Source: Dehalococcoidia bacterium
GTDB lineage: Bacteria; Chloroflexota; Dehalococcoidia; Lucifugimonadales; UBA1123
Length of the DNA stretch: 64,000 nt
NCBI GenBank assembly: GCA_963664365.1
Contig: OY761144.1
Location: forward strand, 3,328,535 to 3,392,534
Direction of reading: 5' to 3'
Positions within the stretch are counted from its first letter, which is position 1; the number at the start of each line of letters is the position of its first letter. The translations under genes and the position numbers were made by a program. Below, one piece after another: positions 9,389 through 18,132 of this stretch. Under the pieces are notes generated by a model, which saw nothing but the letters and a program-made list of their open reading frames with translations, made no database searches and was not told where the DNA came from.

Positions 9389-9460
9389 TTGACGGGGGGG
9401 GAGAAAATGGTATAACACCCACATCCCGTCACGGGGGCCGGTTTCGCGCCGTCGCGGACC
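9389..9460 (+). promoter_or_regulatory. Conserved SBP promoter + leader cassette, copy 1
   Basis: TTGACG-16 (G8 tract)-TATAAC with extended TG, then CCCGTCACGGG and GGTTTCGCGCCGTCGCGGACC. Confidence 0.65.
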
Positions 9461-9469
9461 GTCAAAATT

Positions 9470-9502
9470 CCCTCTCCCTGAGGGAGAGGGCTGGGGTGAG
9501 GA
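9470..9502. repeat. REP-like element (CCCTCTCCC-GGGAGAGGG-GGGTGAGG class)
   Basis: More than ten copies in the window, e.g. 4847, 24283, 27979, 32541, 49221, 51976, 52105, 59755, 60029, 62372. Confidence 0.85.
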
Positions 9503-9529
9503 TGACTCGCCCAACAAGGAGGCATCGTC

Positions 9530-11680
9530 ATGCTTACATCTAATTCACTGCGTTGGCTGGTCGTAGTTACAGGAGCCGCAATGCTGTTGGCGGTCGTCGC
9601 GGCCTGCGCCGGAGAGACCGTCGAGGTCCCCGGCGAGACCGTAGTAGTCGAGAAAGAGGTCATCAAGACCGTCGAGGTCCCCGGCGAGACCGTCGTCAAA
9701 GAGGTAGTCAAAGAGGTACAGGTGCCCGGCGAGACCGTGGTGGTCGAAAAAGTGGTAACGGAGACCGTCGAGGTCCCCGGCGAGACCGTCGTGGTAGAGA
9801 AAGAGGTCGTCAAGACCGTCGAGGTCCCCGGTGAGACCGTCACCGTAGAGGTGATCAAAGAGGTAGAGGTCCCCGGCGAGACCGTCGTGGTCGAAAAGGT
9901 GGTAACCGAGACCGTTGAGGTTCCGGGCGAGACGGTGGTGGTGGAGAAAGAGGTCGTGAAGGTTGTGGAGGTTGTCAAAGAGGTGGAGGTTGTCAAAGAG
10001 GTGGAGGTGCTCGTTCCCGCAAAGATAGGGGATGCGGCTATGGAGGTCAAAGCAACGGGCAAGCCAATCTTCGGCGGGACGTTGAGGTTAGCTCACCAAT
10101 GGGACTCGGGTGGAAAGTGGGACATGTGCGAGTTCAGAGAGCAGGGGTTGCTAGGCCATTCTGTTGAACATTTCTTGGTGGGAGACTTCCGTTTAGGTCC
10201 CTCTGGCGAAGGGCTAACCACATTCTCCCCGGTGAGGAGTCTCGGCACCGATCTAATCGCAAAGGGATCCCTGGCCGATTCGTGGGACCGACCTGATGCG
10301 TTGACCTATCGCTTTCATCTGCGGCCCGGTATCAAGTGGATGAACAAGTTCCCTACATTCGGTAGGCCGGTAGAGGCCCAGGAGATAGCGGACGAGCACG
10401 AACGCATCAGGGAGTGCCGCCACCCCAGGCACGACTTCCTGGATTCGGTAACTGCTGAAGACACAGATGACGACGGGACCCTTGATTCAGTTGTTTTCAA
10501 TGCCAATCAACCCATCTCCTTCTGGGGGTATGAGTTTGCCTGGGGACCGTACTTCCTCGCCGCCCCCCCTGAGACAATAGAAGCGGGTACGGATAACTGG
10601 GAAAATCAGTCCGGCACAGGACCCTGGATTCCGACTGGTTATACCCAATCAAGTACCATCACATTCGAGAAAAACCCGGATTGGTGGCAGACCTATACAC
10701 ACGATGGCGTGGAGTACAATATACCCTTCATCGATAATCTTCACTACACCATCATCCTGGAACAAGCGGTCCGACGGGCGGCGTTTCGAACGGCTAAGAT
10801 CGACAAATTGGACAGAGTGGGAGTGGTCGATAGGGCAGAGGTAGAAGCGACATTCCCAGACCTCAATTATAGGACTCTGGCTGCCTCCGAATCCTTTAAC
10901 TACTTCATGCCAATGAACAAGCCGCCGTTTGACGACCTACGCGTTCGAATAGCGATGAATAATGCTGTCGACCGTGACGTTTATACAAATACGCTGCTCG
11001 GAGGCGAATCCATACTGCTTGCCCACCCACTGACCCCTGAGTGGCCCCTCCATTACGAACCGCTAGAGGACATGGCACAAATGGTACAGGATTACTTCAA
11101 GTACGATCCGGAAAGGGCAGAAGCGCTTCTGGATGAAGCTGGGTTGCAGAGAGGCGCAGACGGGGTGCGCCTCGAGGTAGACATGATGATCGCCAATAAT
11201 AATCAGCTGGAAATAGACTTAGCGCAGATCTCGTTGGGCTTCTGGGATGATATCGGTGTCAAAGTTACCCTGGACCTTGTGGAACCCGCTGTTGTCAGGA
11301 CCAGGTTGTTCGAAAAACAGTTCGACCTGTACGCTGGTGGGGTTGGAGGGAGGCCCAATGCGTTGAACGACTTCAGGTTAGGACACCAATACAACAGGTC
11401 GAACCTGGCCGACCCTGAATTCCTTCAAAAGTGGGACGATGTCCTGGCCGCAACTGACTCAGGGGAGCAAGTGCGTCTGATCAGGGAAGCAGCGAGAATA
11501 TGGTTGGAATTGGCTCCAGCCGTCCAGGTGCCAGGCTTCTATGTGGCCGACTATTGGCAGCCGTGGCTGCTGAACCACAATGGAGAACGCTACCTGAAGT
11601 TTGGGGACAACTCTACTCACTGGGCATACGCCTGGATCGACCGAGATGCAAGGGCGGAGAGGACAGGCTTCAGGGACTAG
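9530..11680 (+). CDS. Family 5 ABC substrate-binding lipoprotein with VPGETVVVEK repeat stalk
   Basis: Lipobox VAAC, GGTL, GTGPW, PPFDDLRVRIAMN motifs. Confidence 0.92.
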   Translation: MLTSNSLRWLVVVTGAAMLLAVVAACAGETVEVPGETVVVEKEVIKTVEVPGETVVKEVVKEVQVPGETVVVEKVVTETVEVPGETVVVEKEVVKTVEVPGETVTVEVIKEVEVPGETVVVEKVVTETVEVPGETVVVEKEVVKVVEVVKEVEVVKEVEVLVPAKIGDAAMEVKATGKPIFGGTLRLAHQWDSGGKWDMCEFREQGLLGHSVEHFLVGDFRLGPSGEGLTTFSPVRSLGTDLIAKGSLADSWDRPDALTYRFHLRPGIKWMNKFPTFGRPVEAQEIADEHERIRECRHPRHDFLDSVTAEDTDDDGTLDSVVFNANQPISFWGYEFAWGPYFLAAPPETIEAGTDNWENQSGTGPWIPTGYTQSSTITFEKNPDWWQTYTHDGVEYNIPFIDNLHYTIILEQAVRRAAFRTAKIDKLDRVGVVDRAEVEATFPDLNYRTLAASESFNYFMPMNKPPFDDLRVRIAMNNAVDRDVYTNTLLGGESILLAHPLTPEWPLHYEPLEDMAQMVQDYFKYDPERAEALLDEAGLQRGADGVRLEVDMMIANNNQLEIDLAQISLGFWDDIGVKVTLDLVEPAVVRTRLFEKQFDLYAGGVGGRPNALNDFRLGHQYNRSNLADPEFLQKWDDVLAATDSGEQVRLIREAARIWLELAPAVQVPGFYVADYWQPWLLNHNGERYLKFGDNSTHWAYAWIDRDARAERTGFRD

Positions 11681-11713
11681 TTTCCCTGGCTGACAGCACA
11701 CGATAAGTGAGAC

Positions 11714-11751
11714 GGGGTGTGGCCCGCCTGAGGCGGACCACACCCCCTTTC
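11714..11751 (+). terminator. Intrinsic terminator
   Basis: GGGGTGTGGCCCGCC-TGA-GGCGGACCACACCCC followed by TTTT. Confidence 0.8.
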
Positions 11752-11831
11752 AATTCACTGGCGGCTCGGAGCCTCCGCTTCGGGAGCCATATGGAGACAG
11801 CAAATCGCAAGATCAGCCCTACCTGAGGATC

Positions 11832-11956
11832 CAGGGCAACCGCATTTAGAGTTAGTAGGCACACCATCAATCGTCACTCCGGCGAAGGCCGGAGTCCAGA
11901 GGAGTGGGGTGGGAGGCTCTACCAAAGCTGGCTCTGAGTGAAATGCGATTGCCCTG
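11832..11956. mobile_element. MITE family D with REP core
   Basis: TIR CAGGGCAACCGCATTT / AAATGCGATTGCCCTG enclosing GTCACTCCGGCGAAGGCCGGAGTCCAG; no clear TSD. Confidence 0.65.
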
Positions 11957-11975
11957 ACCCTCGATATCTCAACGC

Positions 11976-12048
11976 TTGACGGGGGGGGAGAAAGTGGTAT
12001 AACTCTCACATCCCGTCATGAGGACAGGTTCCGCGCCATTGCAGACCG
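11976..12048 (+). promoter_or_regulatory. SBP-type promoter + leader cassette, orphan copy
   Basis: Near-identical to 9389-9460 but no SBP gene follows. Confidence 0.6.
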
Positions 12049-12250
12049 TTTCGACTAGGGTGCCTCGTGTGGGCGCCCAGAACGTAGGGGCGTCCCTTGT
12101 GGGCGCCCGCGCCCGCCAGTGCCCCAATGCCATCGCTAGGCGGTGGATCTTTGGTACTCACCCCTCATTTGTTGCCGCTTTGCGCCCCGTGCTATAATCC
12201 GATTGATTTCCCCTCTCACATCTAGGAGATTTGGTTTGGCTTCACAGCGA

Positions 12251-12946
12251 ATGCGAGACTACGAGTTGGTCATGATCCTCAGTCCGGAGGCTACCGAGGC
12301 CGAGGCCGGGGCCACCGTCAAGAACATTTCCGATACCATTGTGGACAGCGGCGGCGCAATATCCCGACAGGACAACTGGGGCGTCAGGCGGCTGGCATAT
12401 CCCATCCGCCGCTTCATTGAAGGCAACTACTTCATTACCAGATGCGCAATGGACGCTCAGGCCGCCGTCGCGCTCAATGAGACCCTCAATTCCGCCCAAG
12501 ACGTGCTCAGGCACCTTGTCATCAAGCTCGAAAAGTCCGAGATAGCCGCCATGGAAGCCCAGGCCCAGCGTGAGCGCGTCGCCAGGGAGCAGGCGGAGGC
12601 GCGGGCCAGGGCCGAACGCGAGGCCAGAGAGCGGGAGGAAGCGCGCAGGGCCGCCGAAGCCGAGGCCGCGCTGACGCAGGATCCGGAAGGAGGAGAGTCT
12701 GACGACGAGGCAGACACGCCCGACCAGGCGGAAGCCGACGCCGTGACCTCCGAGCCTGCCGCCGAAGCCGAAGCCCCGGAGGCCGAGGCCCCGGAGCCTG
12801 TCGCCGCCGAAGCCGAAGCCCCGGAGCCTGCCGCCGCTGAAGTCAAAGCCCCGGAGGCCGAGACCCCGGAGCCTGTCGCCGCTGAAGCAGACGCCGAGCC
12901 TGAACCCGATTCCACCTCCGAGGCCAAAGCCAAAGAGGGCGATTAG
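12251..12946 (+). CDS. rpsF: 30S ribosomal protein S6 with long charged/acidic C-terminal extension
   Basis: MRDYELVMILSP, WGVRRLAYPI, VLRHLVIK; rpsF-ssb-rpsR synteny. Confidence 0.95.
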   Translation: MRDYELVMILSPEATEAEAGATVKNISDTIVDSGGAISRQDNWGVRRLAYPIRRFIEGNYFITRCAMDAQAAVALNETLNSAQDVLRHLVIKLEKSEIAAMEAQAQRERVAREQAEARARAEREAREREEARRAAEAEAALTQDPEGGESDDEADTPDQAEADAVTSEPAAEAEAPEAEAPEPVAAEAEAPEPAAAEVKAPEAETPEPVAAEADAEPEPDSTSEAKAKEGD

Positions 12947-12972
12947 TCAACACACTCACAGGAGTTTGAACC

Positions 12973-13374
12973 GTGACCCTCAATAAAATGCAGATCATCG
13001 GCAATCTGGGTCGAGATCCGGAGATGCGCTACACGCCCAGTGGAGACGCCGTAACCAACTTCTCCGTAGCGGTCGGCAGGCGCTATACGAACCGCGATGG
13101 ACAAGAAGTTGACGAGACTGAATGGTTCAATGTTTCCGCCTGGAGGCGCTTGGCTGAGACCACCAATCAGTACCTAAGCAAGGGGAGCAAAGTGTACGTT
13201 GAGGGCAGGCTCAAGACCAGGTCGTATGTAGGTCAAGACGGTCAGACCCGTTTTTCGAATGATATTAACGCTTTTGAAGTAGTATTCCTCGATAGGAGGG
13301 GCGAAACATCCGGCGACTCCGGCTTCTCCGGCGGTCCGCCGTCCGACGACGACGCGGACGATCTCCCTTGGTAG
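12973..13374 (+). CDS. ssb: Single-stranded DNA-binding protein
   Basis: IGNLGRDPEMRYT, KGSKVYVEGRL, acidic tail DDLPW. Confidence 0.97.
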   Translation: MTLNKMQIIGNLGRDPEMRYTPSGDAVTNFSVAVGRRYTNRDGQEVDETEWFNVSAWRRLAETTNQYLSKGSKVYVEGRLKTRSYVGQDGQTRFSNDINAFEVVFLDRRGETSGDSGFSGGPPSDDDADDLPW

Positions 13375-13478
13375 CCACTGGGAGCCAATTTATGGACGGC
13401 AGACTCACCCCGGCAGCAATTTCCCTGTCGGCCCAAGCATCCGGCACAATACATAGGACGTATCAAAGGTGAGTGGAC

Positions 13479-13973
13479 ATGACGACACAGACCAGCAGAC
13501 CCCCATCATCAGCGCCTAGACCGGGCGGCTCCGGACCCCCGGGGTCCAGGCCGGGCCCCGGCGGCCGTCCTAGCGGCGGCAGGCCCGGCGGCGGTGGAAG
13601 GCCGGGAGGAGGAGGCCGTTTCGGACGACGCGGCAGACCCAGGTACTACAGCCGCAGAAAGATTTGCGGCTTCTGCGTCGATCACATCGAGTACATAGAT
13701 TACAAAGACACCGAGCGTTTCCGACGCTACATGACCGACAGGTGGAGGATCGAGTCCCGACGCAAGACAGGCGTATGCTCCAAGCACCAGCGCGCCCTCG
13801 CCAACGCCATCAAGCGCGCCAGGCACCTGGCGCTCATACCTTTCAGCCCCGACCACGACGGACCGCCGATGCGATGGTCGCGCGACAGCGCTCCCTCGTA
13901 TAGTAGGGGTGGCCGCGACGGGACATCATCGTACAGAGGAGGCCGCGAAGGTTCCGGCGGCCGATACAGATAG
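13479..13973 (+). CDS. rpsR: 30S ribosomal protein S18 (Zn-binding form) with Gly/Arg-rich extensions
   Basis: CGFC, IDYKD, TGVCSKHQRALANAIKRARHLALIPF. Confidence 0.95.
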   Translation: MTTQTSRPPSSAPRPGGSGPPGSRPGPGGRPSGGRPGGGGRPGGGGRFGRRGRPRYYSRRKICGFCVDHIEYIDYKDTERFRRYMTDRWRIESRRKTGVCSKHQRALANAIKRARHLALIPFSPDHDGPPMRWSRDSAPSYSRGGRDGTSSYRGGREGSGGRYR

Positions 13974-13990
13974 CCATTCGAGGGTAGCAA

Positions 13991-15133
13991 GTGGTTGAAG
14001 AAGCGCACGAAGCCCCGACCAGGTCCGCCGCGAGGCGCGACAGGCGCAGGATTGTCGCCGAACTCTCTCCGGAAGAGCGACGACGGCGACGACTGGCCCT
14101 CATCATCATTGGGGCGCTCATTCTCACCGTCATCGGCATTGCCGTCGCCGGATACGTCATCATCTTCGTCCTGCCGCCGCAGCAGGTGATCGTCAGGGTG
14201 GGCGACGTCAGCTACACGCGCGGCGACATGGTCAAACTCCTACAACTCAGACAGAAGACGCTGGAGTTGACCCAGGCCCAGGGACTCAGAAATTCCGACG
14301 ACATCTTCCAAGCCCTCCAGTTGATCGTCGAGAACGAGATAATCTCCCAAGCGGCTCCGGGATACGGAATCTCCGTCTCCGAAGAAGAGGTGGACAACCG
14401 TATCCGCACGACTATGGCTCCATCCCAGTCCGAGTCGTTGGGCAAGTCCGACGCCCAGATCGAGCGCGAGTTCAATGAACGTTACCGACAGTTCCTCAAC
14501 ACGACCCAGGTCAGCAGAGAAGAGCACCGCGGCCTCGTCCGAAGGGCCATCCTGCGCGAGAAATTCAGACAGTACATCGGTGACCGGGTGCCCGCGTATG
14601 GCGAGCAGGTCTATCTCCACCGCATCGGCATGGCGCAGCACGACCAAGTGGACATCATGCAGACCAAGCTCGCAGACACCATCGGCGACGACAAGAGCCC
14701 CCAACGCATCCAGACCGCCGTCAGCTTGGTATCCCAGGAGTTCTCCAGCGACCAGATGACGGTCCAATCCGGCGGAGACCTCGGATGGGTCCCGCTCGGT
14801 ATCCACGAAGACTACGAGCGCATCTTCTGGGACCTGGAGATCGGGGAGATGTCCGAGCCGATACCCAACGTTGACAACCCGGAGATCTTCTACTTCTTCA
14901 TGGTGTCGGATCGCGACGGCAATCATGAGATCAGCCGCCGAAACAGGGACCAGCTAAAGACCCGAGCCCTCCAGACGTGGGTCAACGAAGAGCGCCAGAA
15001 CCACGACGTCCATGCCAGCTTCAATTCAGATATCTACGCCTGGTTCGTCGAGCAACTCCGTCTGACGATCGTAATCACGCCGACCCCCGAACCCAACGCC
15101 AACCCGCTGCAGAACATACTGGGCGGACGCTGA
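13991..15133 (+). CDS. Membrane-anchored SurA/PrsA-like parvulin foldase
   Basis: Basic N-terminus + TM, GISVSEEEVD, SGGDLGWV, GEMSEPI. Confidence 0.8.
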   Translation: MVEEAHEAPTRSAARRDRRRIVAELSPEERRRRRLALIIIGALILTVIGIAVAGYVIIFVLPPQQVIVRVGDVSYTRGDMVKLLQLRQKTLELTQAQGLRNSDDIFQALQLIVENEIISQAAPGYGISVSEEEVDNRIRTTMAPSQSESLGKSDAQIEREFNERYRQFLNTTQVSREEHRGLVRRAILREKFRQYIGDRVPAYGEQVYLHRIGMAQHDQVDIMQTKLADTIGDDKSPQRIQTAVSLVSQEFSSDQMTVQSGGDLGWVPLGIHEDYERIFWDLEIGEMSEPIPNVDNPEIFYFFMVSDRDGNHEISRRNRDQLKTRALQTWVNEERQNHDVHASFNSDIYAWFVEQLRLTIVITPTPEPNANPLQNILGGR

Positions 15134-15135
15134 TC

Positions 15136-16434
15136 GTGAGCGGAGATGCAGTCGGAGTCGGGTTGCTGGGAGCCGGTGTAGTTGGGACCGGCGTCGCCTC
15201 AGCCATCGCCGAAAAGCGCTCCCACCTGAAGGACATGATCGGGTGCCCGCTCGATCTGAAGGGCGTTCTGGTCCGCGACCCCGCAAAGCGAAGGGCCGAC
15301 GCCGTTCCGAAAAGTCTGATTGCCACCGATGTCGAGAGCATAATCTCCAACCCCGAAGTCAACGTGGTGGTCGAGTTGATGGGCGGCCAAGACCCCGCCC
15401 TTGACTACATCCTCCGCAGCGTCTCCGCCGGCAAGCACGTCGTGACCGCCAACAAGGAGGTCATGGCCCGCCACGGCCCGCGCATCCTCGGCATGGCCCG
15501 CGAAAATGGCGTACAGGTCCTGTTCGAGGCCGCCGTCGCGGGGGGCACCCCCATAATCGCCCCCATTCTCAGAGACCTCGTAGCCAACGACGTCCTCACC
15601 ATCCACGGCATCATCAACGGCACCACCAACTTCATCCTCACCAGCATGGACCAGGACGGCGCCGACTTCGGTGAAACGCTCGCCGAAGCGCAGCGTCTCG
15701 GCTACGCCGAGGCAGACCCCACCAACGACGTCGAGGGCATCGACGCCGCCTACAAGCTCGCCATCCTCGCCAGCCTCGGCTTCCGCGCCCACGTCAGAGA
15801 CACGGACGTCTATCACGAAGGCATTACACGGCTCACCGCCCGCGACTTCCAGTACGCCCGCGAATTGGGATACGCCATCAAGCTGCTCGGAATCGCGTCC
15901 ATAGACGGAGACGGCATACAGGTCAGGGTGCATCCCGCCCTCGTCCGCCAGGACGCCATGATCGCCAAGGTCAACGGCGTGCTGAACGCGGTCGAGATTC
16001 AGACCGACCTCGCGGGCAAGCTGCTGTTCCACGGAGCCGGAGCCGGTTCGATGCCGACCGCCAGCGCCGTCCTCGCCGACCTCGTTGACATCGCCCGAAA
16101 CCTGGCCGGCGACGTTGTGCCGCCGCCCATTCAGCCGCTCTCCGAAGACATCCGCGTCAGACCGATATCCGAACTTCAGACGCGATACTACGTCCGACTC
16201 ACCGCCGCCGACCGTCCCGGCGTGCTCGCGCAGGTCGGCAGCGTCCTCGCCGAGCGAAACATATCCATCGCATCCGCGATCCAGAAGGAGACCTACGAGG
16301 TATCGCAGCGCGCCGAGATCGTCCTCATGACACACAGAGCGAATGAAGAGGCGATGCGGCGCGCCGTCAGCGAGTTCGAATCGCTTGAGACCGTCGTAGA
16401 GGTCGGAAACGTCATTCGAGTCGAAGAGTGGTAG
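15136..16434 (+). CDS. hom: Homoserine dehydrogenase with ACT domain
   Basis: GLLGAGVVG, HVVTANK, GIINGTTN, AEADPTNDVEGIDAAYK, DRPGVLA; GTG start. Confidence 0.95.
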   Translation: MSGDAVGVGLLGAGVVGTGVASAIAEKRSHLKDMIGCPLDLKGVLVRDPAKRRADAVPKSLIATDVESIISNPEVNVVVELMGGQDPALDYILRSVSAGKHVVTANKEVMARHGPRILGMARENGVQVLFEAAVAGGTPIIAPILRDLVANDVLTIHGIINGTTNFILTSMDQDGADFGETLAEAQRLGYAEADPTNDVEGIDAAYKLAILASLGFRAHVRDTDVYHEGITRLTARDFQYARELGYAIKLLGIASIDGDGIQVRVHPALVRQDAMIAKVNGVLNAVEIQTDLAGKLLFHGAGAGSMPTASAVLADLVDIARNLAGDVVPPPIQPLSEDIRVRPISELQTRYYVRLTAADRPGVLAQVGSVLAERNISIASAIQKETYEVSQRAEIVLMTHRANEEAMRRAVSEFESLETVVEVGNVIRVEEW

Positions 16435-16448
16435 AGGAGGTCATACCG

Positions 16449-16796
16449 ATGTCCGTCACATACTACACCTGGACACGTTGAAGCGCCTGCCGCAAAGTGA
16501 AAGCGGAGCTTTCACAAGCCGGAATCGAGTTCAACGAACGCGACTTCTTCGCCGACCCATTCACGCCGGATGAGCTAAGGGACTTGATCGGAGAGCGGTC
16601 GCCGTCCGACTACTTCTCCTGGAGATCGCCCTCTTTCCGCAAGACGGGACTCAAACGCGATGAAATAAGCGATCAACAGATGCTCGATCTCATGGTCGGC
16701 GAGCCGCGCCTCATCCGCCGCCCGCTGATTCGGACCCCCGACGGAAACCTGATAGTCGGAACCGACAAGAAGGCAATGGCCGCGCTGATTGAGTAG
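16449..16796 (+). CDS. ArsC/Spx-family protein, probable selenoprotein (UxxC)
   Basis: AGGAGG RBS, ATG 16449 MSVTYYTWTR-TGA-SACRK in frame with the ORF ending EPRLIRRP...IVG. Confidence 0.85.
16497..16515 (+). promoter_or_regulatory. Candidate bacterial SECIS hairpin
   Basis: GTGAAAGC-GGA-GCTTTCAC, 8-bp perfect stem; loop starts 23 nt after the in-frame TGA. Confidence 0.6.
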
Positions 16797-16853
16797 AATC
16801 AGTGGTTCAACAACACCATCTCCCTTCAGGATGAGGGTGAAACCTCAATATCG

Positions 16854-18107
16854 TCAGATAACGCCCTCGGACTGAAGCTCCCCGATCTCTTCGTCGCTCA
16901 GGCCCAAGTCTCCGGCGTACACCTTCCGGTTGTGCTCGCCAATAAGCGGACTCCTGAACGTTCGCCACGGTGTCTTGTTCGATATGAAAGGCCGGCCCGC
17001 GTAGGTGTAGGTCTCACTAAGCTCCGGGTGCTCCACCTCTTCGAAGAACTCACGGTCCTCCCGGAAATGAGGGTCGTCCAGATTCTCGTCCGGAGAACGC
17101 ACGACTCCCCATGGGAACTTCCTCTCCTGCGCCCCTCGATATATCTCCTCCGCCGTGTGCGAGGCGATGAACTTCCTTATCACTTCGAAGGCATGGTCCA
17201 CCTCCGGGTTCGTCCGCTCCCTCATCCTGTCCATGTCCCGGTACTTCGAGTCCGTCAACCCCTCTGCCATCCCCTCCGAGTCCATCCACGTGACCAGCGA
17301 CCACCACTGGTTCAGGCTGTTGAGCACCGCGAATATATTGACGTATCCGCCGTCCCTCGTCGGATACATCGTCCTCGGAGTCGGGTCTGCCGAGTGGTGT
17401 CTTCCGGTCATTCGCCTAACGACACCGCCATGATAGACGTAGATCGGCACCGCCCACTCCGTCGTGCATGAACAGGCTTCGTGAATCGAGGCGTCCACGT
17501 GCTGGCCCTCGCCCGTCATGTCCCGCCAGTTGAGCGCGAGGAGCGTTCCGATGGCCGCGTAGTGCGCGCTGATCATGTATCCGTGCCCGCCGCTGGGACG
17601 GATGGGAGGCGACCCCGGAACGTCGTCGTACCCGCAGCTGTGCATGATCCCGCTCATGGCCAGCGCGACGATGTCCGACGTCTTGTAGTCTCTATAAGGC
17701 CCGTCCTGTCCGAACCCTGTGAGCGAGGTCATTATCAGCCGCGGGTTGATTCCGCTCAGGTCGTCGTACCCCAGACCCAGCGAGTCCAGGTAGCCGGGGT
17801 CGAAACTCTCCAATACTACGTCGGCATTGAGCGCCAACTTCTTCAGCAGACCCTGTCCCGCAGTCGTATCGAGGTCAAGGGTTATCGACTCCTTGGCGGT
17901 GTTGAACGCCCAGAAATTCAGGCTTTGGTTCGGGTCCGGCGTGTCGTTGCGGAACGGGCCGACCTTTCGAGCCTCGTCTCCGCCAGGCGGTTCGACCTTG
18001 ATGACCCGCGCGCCCATCTCGCCGAGCAGCTTGCCCATAAGCTGGCCCTTCTCGTCGCACAGGTCGAGGATGGTCAGGCCCGACAATGCCCCTCGTTCGG
18101 TGTTCAT
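16854..18107 (-). CDS. CoA-transferase family III (CaiB/BaiF), probable non-catalytic partner subunit
   Basis: GARVIKVEPPGGD, SLTGFGQDGPY, GEGQHVD; the usual catalytic Asp position reads HGYMIS. Confidence 0.9.
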   Translation of the reverse strand: MNTERGALSGLTILDLCDEKGQLMGKLLGEMGARVIKVEPPGGDEARKVGPFRNDTPDPNQSLNFWAFNTAKESITLDLDTTAGQGLLKKLALNADVVLESFDPGYLDSLGLGYDDLSGINPRLIMTSLTGFGQDGPYRDYKTSDIVALAMSGIMHSCGYDDVPGSPPIRPSGGHGYMISAHYAAIGTLLALNWRDMTGEGQHVDASIHEACSCTTEWAVPIYVYHGGVVRRMTGRHHSADPTPRTMYPTRDGGYVNIFAVLNSLNQWWSLVTWMDSEGMAEGLTDSKYRDMDRMRERTNPEVDHAFEVIRKFIASHTAEEIYRGAQERKFPWGVVRSPDENLDDPHFREDREFFEEVEHPELSETYTYAGRPFISNKTPWRTFRSPLIGEHNRKVYAGDLGLSDEEIGELQSEGVI

Positions 18108-18132
18108 CTGGTTGACTCCGCTCCTCTCAAAC

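Noticed and set aside
12190-12250. S6:S18 autoregulatory leader RNA
   Set aside because: Consensus hairpin and CCR motif could not be identified with confidence by eye
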